Shown here: positions 13,721 through 26,772 of the stretch, in pieces
Position numbering within the stretch: position 1 is the stretch's first letter
Layout of the letters: every line of letters starts with the position of its first letter
Origin: Vicugna vicugna
Taxonomy: Eukaryota
NCBI GenBank assembly: GCA_013265495.1
Contig: MU058418.1
Location: 124,001 to 188,000, forward strand
Reading direction: 5' to 3'
Length of the DNA: 64,000 nucleotides
Translations under genes and position numbers: made by a program
The notes under the pieces: model-generated
What the model was told of the DNA's origin: nothing
What the model saw: only the letters and a program-made list of their open reading frames with translations
Databases searched by the model: none

Positions 13721-13789
13721 CTGCGTAGGTAAGAGGAGTGCCAGGAGCAGCAGCCCCAGTCCAAGCCTGGCCACCATTGCTCTGCCCAT
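13721..13789 (-). CDS. CD24: CD24 coding exon 1 (signal peptide [23 protein letters not shown])
   Basis: The minus strand reads ggacATGG (strong Kozak) and 23 codons matching the CD24 signal peptide as I recall it. It ends in a phase-0 donor CAG|gtgagg. Confidence 0.97.
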
Positions 13790-13898
13790 GTCCGCTCCGT
13801 CGGTGCGCGGCGCGTCTCACTGGATGCCGGTTGCGTGGAGGACAGCTGGCTCTAGGCTGGCGCTGGAAAGGTGGTGAGCGCGGCGGGCGGGCGGGATC

Positions 13899-13905
13899 TT
13901 ATATA
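13899..13905 (-). promoter_or_regulatory. CD24: CD24 TATA box (TATATAA)
   Basis: TATATAAG on the minus strand ~110 bp upstream of the ATG, embedded in otherwise GC-rich sequence. This predicts a TSS near 13870. Confidence 0.8.
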
Positions 13906-16900
13906 CTGGGAAGACAAAATAGCGGTGACGTGGCACCTCCCGCCCACCCACCCGCGCTCCCCGCACCCGCCGCCGCCGCCGCCGCCACCACCCCACCTCC
14001 CGCGCGCTCGCCCGCCTCCTCCCCGCCCCCGCCCGCCCCGAGCTCCCCGCGCCCTCTTCCTCCGCAGGGCGGGAGACCCCGGGCCTGCAGGTGGGCGGCG
14101 GGCGCCCCCCGCTCCTGGCAGGATGCTTTGTGTTTCCCTGGGCGGGCAGCCTGCAGGCTGGCACAGGCTCCGGCGACTCCCACACAGGACCCGAGGCGAA
14201 CTCGCTAGCCACACACGCCGCCCTGGGGGCCCGGCCCAAGTTTCCTTTGTTTCCCCGGACCTGCCATCTTACCCCCCAAAGAAAAGCCTGAGCCTCCCGC
14301 CTGGCGGGCAGTCTCCAGTCCCAGTTCTGACTGCGGCGCTGGCGCCGGGACTCCCGCAGCTTGGGTTTTCTCAAATCCCCGCCCCAGAGAAAGGGGAATT
14401 GTGCGGGCTTTGTGAATATCCCAGGGCTGGCGACCGTAACGGGGCGCCGCCACGCGCGTGCCCTTCCCAGGCTGATCGGCAGGGTTCGGGCGGCGTCCGC
14501 GCTCAGAGCAATTTGTGTCGCGGCCGCCCCTTCCCCCAACCACTCGCTTTGTTTTTGGAGATCCTGTGTTCCCCTGGCTGTGTGAGCTCTATGGGGCACC
14601 CTGGGTCCGCATCCCCTAGAGAGTTGGGAAGCAGCCCGTCGGGCGCAGGCCCACTCCCCGGACACGGGCGACGACTGGGTTTCGGTCCCGGCTCTCCTCC
14701 CTGCCGCCGCTAGTGGACGGGGGCGAGGAGGCGACAGCCCACCCTGAAGGGTGGTCCCCTTCCCCGGCCTAAAGGCACCGCCGGCCTTCCCCACGCGGCT
14801 TTGCTCCCAAGTCCTACCCAAGAAGCAGGAACTTCCCTGGCGATCTCTCTAGAATTCGCTGCCCCACTGGGACTCCTGGGGACACACTCCCTTAGTCTCT
14901 GTTACAATGCACTTGCTCATCATGCGTTTAAGGGGCAAAAGCTTTCGGAATAAGGCATTTACTTTTCCATAGCTGCCATTAGGCAATTTAATGAACTGGC
15001 GCAAATAGGAGATTAGTCATCATTCTGAAGATTAGAGCTGAATATATTTTCCAACCATCCTGTTGTGAAGAGTTTCAAGCACACAGTGAAAGTAGAAACT
15101 ATTTACTGGTGGAAGATTTTTGGTTTAATTTGTAATTGCAGGACTTAATCTTTCTAAAGTTTTGCTCAGGTGTTTTGCCATCTTCAAAGCAAACAACAGA
15201 GACCAAACAAGTAAGGCTGTAAATTTGTTTAAATTTTACTTTTGCAGAACAACCTGATTAAACAAGGTTTGTTTTATGGAAGCAGAATGGTAGTTGGTTT
15301 GTGACGGAATGGGTCTGTGCCTTACTGGTCAGCCATTGAAACTCAGTAACTTTCCATGTTTAGTATGTACATGGGAATACAGGAATTTCTTTCATGCACC
15401 AGCAGACTTTCCTGTTTAACAGAGTTATCACATTGTATAGGAATAATCTGTCCTTTTCCAGGACATGAGTGGGCTATGGCCCAAAAGTGCCTAGTTCCGA
15501 GGCAGGGGCCACAGTAGGTTCTCTAGAAGCTGCTTATTGAACTAAATGGTGTTTCAAAGAATACATTAATTTTGTCCTTCATCTTTTTTTTCTATTCCTC
15601 CTCTCCTCCTCCTCCTCCTCCTTCTTAATATGGAGAGATGAACTAATGGAGTGGTTAAGAAGAGACTCTAGAGCCAGAATACTCTGGTCCAAGTCCTGGT
15701 TGCACTACTCTTACTTGAGACAAAAAGCCTCAGTTTCTCTTGTTTTGTGCTAAAATTTCTGTGATTTAACAATAAAATTTGTCAAACGGGGGGGAGCCTC
15801 AGTTTCTTCATCTGTAAAATGGAGATAATAGAGCCATTATTAATTACTTATTAAAGGGTTATTGTATATAAAGTGTTAGAACAGTGCCTGCCAGACACTA
15901 GGAGCTCTCAGGTGATGTTTGCTCCTGCACTGAATGTCCCAGGAAACTTCTTTGCAGCTGTGTGATTCATGAAAGAATTATCAAGGCACCAAACAGTACC
16001 CAGAACTGGTAAGGCACCTCATCACCAAGCCAGTGAGACTACACAATTCACAAAGCAAGGCCCTTCACATCTGCCTAGCAGTTCCCCCGGGCATCCTCAG
16101 GAGGTATTACTTGGGCTTTGGCAATTCTGTACCCAGGAGGCTTTAGCCTTCCTAGAAAACTTCTCATTACAAATTCCCATGCCACTCTATTTCCCATATG
16201 ACAGGAAACTCAAGAAAAACGGCCAGAACCTTTCCTCTATGTTTCTTTTTGTGATTCCTTCTTCCTGTTCATCCTTCTCTTCTGGTTTTCCATAGTTATT
16301 TGTTTGCTTTTCTCTTTACCCATAATAGCTCAGGCTCCTAAGACTAAATTGTGATTCTCATCAGTTATCCTAGAATTTTTGTTAAGACACATGGCCAATT
16401 TTCATTTTTATAAAATATTTCATGGAATGATCTTGAAACTAATTGATTCCCTTAATTGACACGTGCGTGGAAAGTCACAGTTCTAATATTTTTTCATAAG
16501 ATAGCATGTGACTCAACCTTTTGATGCTAGTTCTCATTTAAATTAAGGGAACAATAACTACAGTTTCTAAGTGCAGAAATGTGAGTGATGAAGAACTATA
16601 CTCGGGAGTCAGACCTGGACTTGAATTCTAAGGGTCTGACTTTGGGTGAGCTTCCCAGTCTCCTACTACCTCAACTTCCTCACCTGGTGATGGGCTAATA
16701 ATACCTGCCTCACAGGGGTATGCTCTTCACTGAGAAAATATGTATGTTTAGCCAAGCGCCTGCCACACAGTAAGGACTCACTAAGCTGCTACTTCTATTG
16801 CTGTAGGATATAGTCATTATAATGTGGCTTTTAAAATATTTTATTTGTATAGTATCTGCTCTTTATTTCAGGCATCTTTGCAAGTGGCATTTTATATGTA

Positions 16901-18052
16901 CACCTATGAGGTCAATAAAGCAGATGACATTAGTTTCATTTCCATTTCTGAGGCACAGAGAAGTTAAGTAATTTCGGCCACACAGCCAGTTATGGTGCCT
17001 CACCTAAAGCCAGAAACAAAGTTCCCTGACCCAGGTCCCAAGTGTTTTCTGCTTTTCCAACAAGAGCAGAGGCACAGCTTCCTACCCCATATCCTCTTCA
17101 CCGAGCACTCAACCAACATTTGCTAGTTGAATGGACTATATTAAGGGAGCAGGTTAATTTGCTTTCAGAGGTAAAACAATAAATCCTATTTCTAGGGGAA
17201 GAGAAGATATTATTTGACATTCTTAGCACTTCTCAACAAAAGGGATATGAAATAAAACATTAATTCAATAAAGGAAATTCCTTCTGTGCTTTATAGCAGA
17301 AATGGTGGCTGGAATAATTAAATAATTTGTTTAAATTCTATTCTACAATATGTTGCTATACCTATTTATGTTCACAATACTCTCCCCCCTAATTCTGTGC
17401 CACCGTTAAATGCATTAAATGCCAGGCATTTAACGTTTTGATTTATCCTAGTTTTTTAGCTAAGCTTTGTTCTACACTCAGGAACATCATCCTGCTTCAA
17501 CCATAAGATAGCAGTGAAGGTAACAAACTGAGCTTTTTTGACGGAGTAGGTTACAAGTCCTGGGGCTAGAGCTTGCTGAAGCAGCTGGTGGAGTCGCAGC
17601 CTGACTCTCTATGGGGACGTGCTGCCCCCTACTGGCCATAGAAACCCCTCGGCTCTCACTGTTGTAAAACTCCTTTGTGCTGATTATAAAAGCCCTGAAT
17701 TTTTGAAGCCTTATAAAGCTAATAAGCCACGATAAGCTTCCATGATGACTGGTTCCTTTTTTCCCTTTAGAGATTCTCGAAGAAATTCTCTCAGGTCTTA
17801 AGCTTCATCCAAACAAGAAAACAAATGGGAAGGGTAGGAATTGTACTATTTTCAAATACAAACTGAGTAGTATAGTTGCCTACCTCTTAGCATCCTGGGG
17901 ATTAAAAAGAAGTAACTCTTAATCTCTTTGGCTAGAATTTAAATGTGGTGTCTGCACTGTGTTGGCAAGGATATGACAAAACCAGCCTTCTCATCAATGC
18001 TGAGGGGATTATGGAAAGGAAACAGACATCTATCAATATTAAAAATACATGT

Positions 18053-18196
18053 AGGGGAGGGTATAGCTTAATGGTTAGAGTACACGCTTAGCATGCACGG
18101 GAGGTCCCAGTTCAATCCCCAATACATCTATTAAAATAACTAACTGAATAAATAAACCTAATTACCCCCACCTGAAAAACAAAAAAATGAAAACAA
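18053..18196 (+). mobile_element. tRNA-derived SINE (Vic-1-like) with TSD
   Basis: TSD AAAAATACATGT at 18041-18052 and 18197-18208. Confidence 0.9.
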
Positions 18197-19623
18197 AAAA
18201 ATACATGTCCCCTTAGACGCAGCAGTTCGATTTTAGTAACTTAGCCCACAAATATACTTGCCAAAATGCAAAAGGATATATGTTCCAGGGTATTTTGGAG
18301 CACTGCTTGTAACAGTAAAGGATTGGAAATCACCTAGTTATTCACAGATAGAAGCCCAACTAAAGAGACGACAGCATATTCATATCATGAAATATTATAA
18401 ATCATTTTAAAAAGCAAAAGAGCATAATATGTACTACAAAGAAAAATCTCCAAATAAATTCCTAAGTGAAAAAAAAAAACTATCTGTGTTTCAAAAAAAG
18501 AAAAGAAAAATCAAGACAGACAGACTCTTTCCAAATGGATATGCAAGAAATTGTTAGCAGTGCTTGCTACTGAAGAGAGAAACAGGTTGGCCAGGGCACA
18601 GAAGTCAGACCCATTTTTCATTACGCACTGGTTTGTACTCTTTGAATTGTGTACATTATTCATTCACAAACAGATGGATAAAACCATTGAAATAAAGTAA
18701 TGTCAGTACATTCGACTCCCATAAAGCAAGTGTGTGTGGCAAGCTGACTTTTCCTAGCCCCACCCGACTCGGTCTCAGAATTACACCCTCCTCCCCCACC
18801 CCCTGGAGCCCTCCCACCATCATTCACAGGTTTTGGTACAGAAATTCTACTTTTCCACAGTTCATCCACCTTGTGACAACTGTGAGACCAGTCCTCTCGA
18901 GCCCAGATGGCACGCACGAAAAAGCTTTCAGGAAAAATGACAAAAAAATGAAGAACTGAGCAGCAGGAAAAAACAATGAGAAATCACTTGGTAAAGCATC
19001 TGTTTCCTCATTTTGTTCTTCCTGAGGCGCCTTGAGTTACTGGGGTTGGGCTGTTTGCCTCAGAGGAAGGCTTGAGCTGTCTGGCCCGTTCCCTCTAAGG
19101 GAGCTTTTTAAGATTTTCCCTCCATCCCTGGGCAGGAGGTGGAGTCAAGGCCTAATGCTGTAAATTCTAGTGTAAATGAAGCCCCACTTCCACCTCACAG
19201 AAAAGAATCTCCAGGCCAGAAGAGTGCTACATCATTTTCCATTTGCATGTGGACCCTAAATGATCCTTTGCTTGGAAATAATGAAATTGGAAGAGTGAGA
19301 AGTCTATGTATTTTTCAGGTTCATACGATTTTTAGTCTTACTTCCCTGGTACTTCACTTTATGTTAGGTTTAAAGCCACAGGGTCCCTTATGCTATAAAA
19401 GATTAGTAAAATTTTAAGTGGCCAGGAAAATTGGATTAAATATTTTTATAAACCTGAAGAATGTTACAACACAGTGGTCCATTTAATGAAATGTTACATT
19501 GAGCCTGAAACAGGAACCCACGTTTTCACTTTCTGAAATTCTTGCTGTGAACACAGTTGCTCAGGATTCCACTCAACAATATCTTAAAGCAGATGCTGCT
19601 TACATCTTATCCAATACAGTTTT

Positions 19624-19905
19624 TTTTGAGTAGGGGAATTAAGTTTGTTTTTTTTTTTAATGGAGGTACTTGGAATTGAATTCAGGACCTTGTGTATGCT
19701 AAGTGTGCACTCTACAATTGAGCTATTTCCTCCCCACCTCTAATACAGTTTTGTTTTTTGTTTTGGGTTTGTTTGTTTTTTTTTTTTTTTGCAGGGACGG
19801 GTAATTAGGTTTATTTATTTATTCTTGGAGAAGGTACTAGGGATTGAACCCAGGACTTCATGTATGCTAAGCATGCACTCTACTACTTGAACTATACCTT
19901 CCCCA
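19624..19905 (-). mobile_element. Two tandem tRNA-derived SINEs (Vic-1-like)
   Basis: Two reverse-complement copies (19624-19738 and 19753-19905) separated and flanked by AATA(C/T)AGTTTT. Confidence 0.9.
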
Positions 19906-21944
19906 CTCAATATAGTTTTAAGATGTCATTCTGAGGAAGAAATAACTTGTAATAGCCATTAAAATAAGACTAGATTAATTTAATAAGCTGTGTTGAAAAG
20001 GGATTTCTCCATTGAGAGCCATATATTTGTACATAGATCTCTGAGCTTAGAAAAGTTCTCAATAATCTTTTACACATTTTTTTCAGATTTCAAGAATATG
20101 TCCAATATAGAAAAATTTGGAAAATATAGGAAAGAAAAATTACCCATAGCCCACTAACCAGAAATAATTACTACTAATACATTTTTTAATATTTTCTTTT
20201 TGTATATATATATGTATCTATGTATTTAAAGTTTGTTGGTTTGTTTTGCTAAATTAGGAGCACATGTGCATAAAGTTCTCTATCTTGTTTTTCTCCACTC
20301 AATAGAAAACAGTAAAAATTTAATCATAAAATTTGAGGGCACATTACTACAAGGTTAATGAAACAATGGGGTGACCTGTGCAGACGGCCAGCCAGGGTTT
20401 CTGCAAGATCCACATTCACCCAGATCCTCCTCCTGACTTCAGTTTGGTGCACCTGGTGGCGTTTACTGGCTCCAAATATTGATGGGGATGATTCAGGGTT
20501 AGGGGTTGGCAAGACTTCCAGGACAGTGGCGTCAATTTCTGGCATCTTTTGGAGCTAGGAGAAGACTGGGGTCTCCGCATAAAGGATGTCTGCTGTTCCC
20601 CTACGCAGCCTTGTCCTCCTTCTACATTCCCACAGCCCAGAAGGACGTTAGGGCGCCCCCATTAGAATTAGAAAAGGGGGGCTGATAAGGATGAGAGCCA
20701 ATAACATTGTATCTGAACTTGTGTTATTTCAGGACATGTTTTTGGCAGGTTTTAGTATACTTTTCTTGGTCCTTACATATTCTTCAAATACATTATTCAT
20801 AATGACTGTACAAAATTCTATCTATCTAACTGGACATTTGTCCCTATTATAGACATCCTAACACACATGTTTTATTTTCATTTCTGGTTATTTTCTTATG
20901 CTAGTTTGGGTCTTGAAATAAACTGCTAAATTGTCCTCTAGAATTGTGTGAGATTGACTAATTCACAAAACTTTGCTAAACGTGAGAAATACAATGTAAA
21001 ACATTTCTAATTTTAGAGGAGAAAAATCTCATTATTTACATTTTCACTGTCAGTGAGATTAAGCTCTTTTTCAGCTATTTAATAGCCATTTGGAATTGTC
21101 CTTTTATGAGCTTTCAAGTACATTTTGCCTGTCCACAGAAGTGACACGTGTCAAGAGTTGCTCGGGGTGAGGAGACACTGGACTCGGTTGTCATTTGGTT
21201 GGATCATCCTTTCTTATGTACGGAAAGGATGCAGAAGCAAGTCAGTGCAGTCAGCCAGGCTTCAAAGCAGAGGGATCTACAGAATTTCCAGGACAGTCAC
21301 AACCTGCTTCCAGATCCTAAAATCCTCTTTGGGGGCACACACTTGCAGATGATAAAATCTGGGTGAGTGAAGGTGAGATCAGACCTTCTGGAAGCTTAAT
21401 GGTCTCTCTTGACACCCAGTCTTATGTACATGAGGCTAAAACAGTTCTGTACATAAACTCTAAACGCATACTACAGGCCACAGCCACCAGACCTGGAGCA
21501 CCTCTTCAATCCTGGAGTTCTACTACACACTTCATGATTACAGGATATGGTACCCTGGGGCATGAACTTGTTCCTCTTAATCATTTTCAGCCTCAAAAGG
21601 GCAATACATCCTGGTTCAAGTATATTCTTGTTCTTGAAGTCTATTTCAAATAGGTCTCAGTTTTTCACTATCTTTGGATGTCAAGCTAACAAGTTCTTAA
21701 ACCAGGTAAAAGGTTCTTCCGATTGTATTCTTATGTATTGCAGAAACTTTTTACAGATTAAGAAACACTTGCTCATTAAAGATTCATTTGAGTGCATCTC
21801 TTGTATGTATGCTTATGACTGACCAGTGTCAAATGAAGAGTGAGGACTACTTGACAGTGCCAAGCATACCAATCTGCAAGAAACCCTACAAACCACCAGA
21901 AGTAAAATGAGAAAGAAAATATTTTCTTTAAAACCATCCTCTCC

Positions 21945-22697
21945 AGGTGTGGAGAAAAGGGAACCGTCCTATACTGTTGGTGGGAGTGCAGTTTGGTGCA
22001 GCCATTGTGGAAAACAGTATAGAAATTCCTCAAAAGACTAAAAATAGACTTACCATATGACCTAGCAGTCCCACTCCTGGGCATATATCCAGAAGGAATC
22101 CTAATTCAAAAAGACACCTCCACCCCAATGTTCATAGCAGCATTATTTACAATAGCTAAGACATGCAAACAACCTAACTTTCCATCAACAAATGACTGGA
22201 TAAAGAAGTTGTGGTATATTTATACAATGGAATACTATTCAGCCATAAAAAAACAACATAATGCCAATTGTAGCAACATGGATGGCCCTGGAGAATGTCA
22301 TTCTAAGTGAAGTAAGCCAGAAAGAGAAAGAAAAATGAGATCGCTCAAATGGGGAATCTTAAAAAAAAAAAAAAAGATGACAAATGAACTTAAATATAAA
22401 ACAGAAACAAACTCACAGACATAGAATACAAACTTGTGGTTGCCAGGGGGGAGGAGGATGGGAAGGGATAGACTGGGAGTTTGAGATTGGTAGATACTGA
22501 CAGGTATATATAGAATAGATAAACAAGTTTATACTGTATAGCACAGGGAGATGTATTCAGTATCTTGTAATAGCTCATAGTAAGGAAGAGTATGAAAGTG
22601 AATGTATGTATATTCATGTGTGGCTGAAAGATGGTGCTGTACAACAAAAAGTGACACAACATTATAAACTGACTATAACTCAGTTAAAAAAATAAAA
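21945..22697 (+). mobile_element. 5'-truncated L1 (ORF2 C-terminus plus 3'UTR)
   Basis: MFIAALFTIAKT..KQP..WIKKLWYIYTMEYYSAIKK is the L1 ORF2 C-terminus. A-tail and ATCCTCTCC duplicated at both ends. Confidence 0.93.
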
Positions 22698-23654
22698 ATC
22701 CTCTCCGAAGAATTCTGTATGTGGTTTGAAGAAATATTTGATATACACTTGGGAAGTACTTGAATGAAGTCATATCCAACTGTTAATCTGTTTTGTTTGT
22801 TTTGTTTTGCTGGCTAATTTGCTTGAGATAATGGGAGATCATGTTGAAAAGGGCTGCCACTGGGAGTCCCTCTCTCTTCCTTAAATTTCTCAAGCTCTCC
22901 TCCAAAGAAAGGTAGAAATATTTTAGAACATTAAAGGCACAACAATTAGTTACCCTGCCTAGGGTACCCAAATGTCTTAGTTACCTTTTAGTTATTCTCA
23001 GCACTTTTTTCTGCCCCAATGTGCTAGAGGATTGTTGCAACCTACATTAGCATCAGTAGCTCTGGACAGGAGCAATTCCCAGGGGAGTCTTTGAGAGCAC
23101 AGGTCTGGGGGAAATCAGACGCTTCAGAGGGGGTATGCCTTGAAAGAGTCTGCTAGAGTTTAAAATCACTAGTCATGGCAGTATAGCTTTATTAACTAGC
23201 AATAAAGGGTATAGCCTAAGTTGTAAAGTATTAATTAGTAAAAGGCATACATATGACACGAGTAAACAAATAATTCAAAATAATTAGCCCTTATTCTCTG
23301 CATGTGTAGCTGCCATTACAAATAAGGAAGTTCAAAATATAATGCTTAATTTGCAATTTTTCCCTTTAATTGCACCTGCCACCTCCTGCTGTTAATTTGA
23401 AGCAAATTAAACCCTGAAGGCAGCATCCAAAAGTAAGAAGACTAAGCAGATTTCACCTTTGGGCAAAAATTATACAACAGTTTCTCCTATTTTCAAAAGG
23501 GAGAATCATTCTTTTCCAGATGTGATAGACTCTTTCTGTTTCAATAGCATAGCCCAGTAAGTGACAGGGTGACACTAAGGATGTAACAACCAACTCCCCC
23601 CAGCCTGCTGGGCTGTGTAAGCTACATGAAACCCTTGTCTCCGTGGGTTCTATG

Positions 23655-24512
23655 CCAGTGCTGCCCAATGTAAATATAATGCAAGCCACATATTTTAAAC
23701 TCTCAATTTTCTAGTAGCCACATAAGAAAAGTAGAAACAGGTAAAATTAATTTTGGTAAGATATTCTATTTAACCCAATATATCCAAAATGTTAGCATTT
23801 CAACATGTACTCAATATTAAACAATTACTGATGAGACAGTTTACATTCTTTGGGGGTTCCATATTAGTTATCAATTACAGTGTAATAAGTCACTACAAAC
23901 CTGGCAACACACTTATTATCTCATAGTTTCTCTGTGTCAGGAATCTGGGCATGATTTAGTGGGTTCTCTGCTTCAAGGCCTCTCAATCAACAAGGCTAGA
24001 ATCAAGGTGTCAACCAGGGAGGGGGTCTCACCTAAGGCTCGACTGGGAAAGAATCTACTTCCAAGCTCACATGGTTGTTAGCAGGATTCAGTTCTTGGTG
24101 GGCAGTCACACTAAGGGGTTCACCTTGCTGCTGGCTGTTAGCTGGAATCCACTCCCAGTTCCTTGCTACATAGGTCTCTCCATATGGTAGGCTACTTCAC
24201 GAAGCCAGCAAGGGAAAGTCCATAGAAACAGTCTACTGGCAAGATGGAAGTTATGTATATAACATAACTGTGGAGGTGACATCCCGTCACCTTTGCCATA
24301 TCCTGTCGGTTAGAGGCGAGTCACAGGTCCCACCCACGTTCAAAGGGAAGGCAATTCCACAAAGCTGTGAGGCAGGGATTTTGGTAGACCCCTTAGAATC
24401 TGTTCACCACAGTACTGTCTTTGAGATCCACTGTGTATTTTACACTTATAATACATCTCAGGTCAGACCAGCCACATTTCAGGCGCTCAAAGCTGCCATA
24501 TTGGACAGCACT
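23655..24512. mobile_element. hAT MER33-like DNA transposon interrupted by an MLT1-like LTR (~23860-24410)
   Basis: Terminal CAGTGCTGCCCAAT ... ATTGGACAGCAC inverted ends. The internal block has MLT1 motifs (CTTCCAAGCTCACATGGTTGTTAGCAGGATTCAGTTC). Confidence 0.75.
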
Positions 24513-25076
24513 ACTCATCACAACTAAACCCAGAGACTTGGGAATTCCAGGGTACCCAGACACTGGTATAAGCAACCATGTGTTTGTATAGACAACTCAA
24601 ACTCAAACTCAAAAGAACTGGAAGCATAAAAATAAAGCAGGTTAAAAACATTTTGTCATTTTTAATAGGTAAAGAACTTACTCTCATTTCAAATCTGAAT
24701 CCTCAAAGCAAGGAAAGTCTGGAAAACAGTTCTGCATTTGTTTTTATAATTTTCTATTTCACACTTGCCCTGGCTTATTGGGCAAGTCCTATAGGCTGAG
24801 AGAAAGAACTAAACAAAGGCAATTTACAGAAGGGTTAGGTGACCATAATATCAGAGGGCTCCCAGGAAGATATCTTGGTAAGTAATCTCATACTCTTCCC
24901 CTCGATTCCTACCAGGACCACTTTAGCCCAGCAACACAAAGAATCGATCCTTGCATGACATTTTACCAGAAACAAGAGGCTCAGAGGAGGGATGAAGAGG
25001 ATACTTCCCAAGCAATTCTCCAGTTTCCCCCTTGACCCCAGTGTGAGGGACCCCTGTGTGAAGAGGATCTGATCCC

Positions 25077-25435
25077 TGTTAAATTAATTAAACAGGGAGG
25101 CCATTAGACTGAGGTGGCTCTATGTCTTGGCAGCCTACATCAGCAGACCAAAACCTGAGCCTGTAAATGCCTCAAGGTTATGAAATGGAAACCTAAGGAC
25201 AGCCCATTACAAATAGCCAACGAGGCTTTCCCAAATAAGGCAACCATATGCTATATCGCCAATCAAATAACTGCTTTGCTTTGCTTCTGCATCTGTTCTC
25301 TAAAAGTTTTGCTTTTAGGAGCTCTCCTAACCACTTCTGGTTTGGCGTTGCCCAGTTGGAGTGGATGTTTCATGAAGTGATGATGTTCTCTTAAGAAATG
25401 AGTCATGATTTTGTGCCTCAGTTTATCTTGTAACA
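25077..25435 (+). mobile_element. ERV1-type solo LTR
   Basis: TGTTA...TAACA ends, flanked by tccc/accc, with CCAAT-type motifs. Confidence 0.7.
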
Positions 25436-25786
25436 ACCCTGAGCATCAGCTGGCAGTCAGAGGAGTCTGCAGATGGACCATTTCTTTACTAAAGCCCGGG
25501 TGTCCCACTTGCAAGCCAATGGGCTCACCCCAGCTCCTCTCAACTCTCCACACTGCACAGCACTGAGTTCAAATGTTAACTACATGTGCAAATAAGCACT
25601 AAGCTCAGCTGTTCACATGATAACACGCATGCATCTGTTCTCACGTCTCCCCCGTCACCTAAGGACAGCCCCAAACCTATCCTGACTTTTTGCAGGAATT
25701 TCCAGTCCCACCTTCCCATCTGCCTCCTGGATATTTCACTATGAATATTCCCCTTTCATTTTCAGCTCAGCATATCTAGCAGCAAA

Positions 25787-26050
25787 TGTTAGAGGGGAAA
25801 TGCCCTACCATGGGCTAGTCAGCCTCAGCAGGGGCTGGAGGCATTCTGCAGAGCAGAAACCCAGGGGCATCAAAAGCCATGCAGGATCTCACTTTCCTAG
25901 AAGACCCTATGTTCTGAGGCTCCTCTAGCCTCAGCCCACATTCTGCCAATGGAATATGTATCTCCTAGATCTCTCTCTCACATCGCCATCAGAGACAGCC
26001 TATGCTCTGTCTATGGAGTGTGCATCTCTCTGAATAAATCTATTTTTACT
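25787..26050 (+). mobile_element. LTR fragment followed by (CA)n at 26049-26088
   Basis: TGTTAGA start and GGAGTGTGCATCTCTCTGAATAAATC polyA region typical of ERV1 LTRs. Confidence 0.5.
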
Positions 26051-26772
26051 CACACAGACACACACACACACACACACTCACACACACAAAAGCCATGTAG
26101 CAGCCTTGCCAGAGTCAGGGCTGTTTCGACACAGTAAACAGATCCCACAAATTTGAGAGTTTAATCTCCTCAATGTATGTAATTATATATGTAGACATGA
26201 ATTAATCAGTTATTTCCCCTCTCTGAGTCCCCAAAAGCCCTCGAGTCTGGGATGGGAAGGTCTGTCCTTAGTGTGCATCAGTGTGGGCCGAGGTAACCCC
26301 TCCTCCCATCAAAAACCAAAGCTATAGGGACATCCCTGGTTCTGGTGAAATGGAAGAAAAAAACTCCCGTGTTGTGGTTCCCTCAGTGACCATAACTGGT
26401 AGCACAAAATTATCTCCTACTTCTTCATCAGTTACTCACAGTCAGATGAAATATAAGATTCATAAAATGTACACTGGAACCCAGGGTGCAGAAATGACAG
26501 TGCCTAATTTGATTTTATGGGATGAGGAGGTAACGAAATGGGAAGGATGGTGGACTTACACAAACGTCCTCGCTCATTACATTCCTGCAGTAGAAAGGGT
26601 AACGTTTTGTAAATCGTCTAATTCAAAGAGCATCCTGATGGTTATGATACCATCACCTCCCCCACTCACTCACCGCTCACCAAACAATCCTAAGAGGCTA
26701 AGATTTATTTATTTATTTATTGCCTAGATCTGAGCTAATAGATTAGTAATAAACAAAATTCCAGACCCAGGG

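Larger units (their letters stand above)
12480..14800. promoter_or_regulatory. CD24: CpG island of the CD24 promoter and intron 1 (GC boxes, short (GCC)n at ~13967-13986)
   Basis: High GC and CpG density with multiple CCGCCC boxes. Confidence 0.9.

Noticed and set aside
10779..13789. CD24 as a processed pseudogene
   Set aside because: It has a 2.77-kb GT-AG intron, TATA box, CpG island and intact frame, so it is the parental locus.
12409..14821. Long ORFs (334, 280, 205, 156 aa) around the CD24 promoter
   Set aside because: They are Pro/Gly/Arg/Ala-rich, mostly start at non-ATG codons and overlap on both strands. This is expected from stop-codon scarcity in a CpG island.
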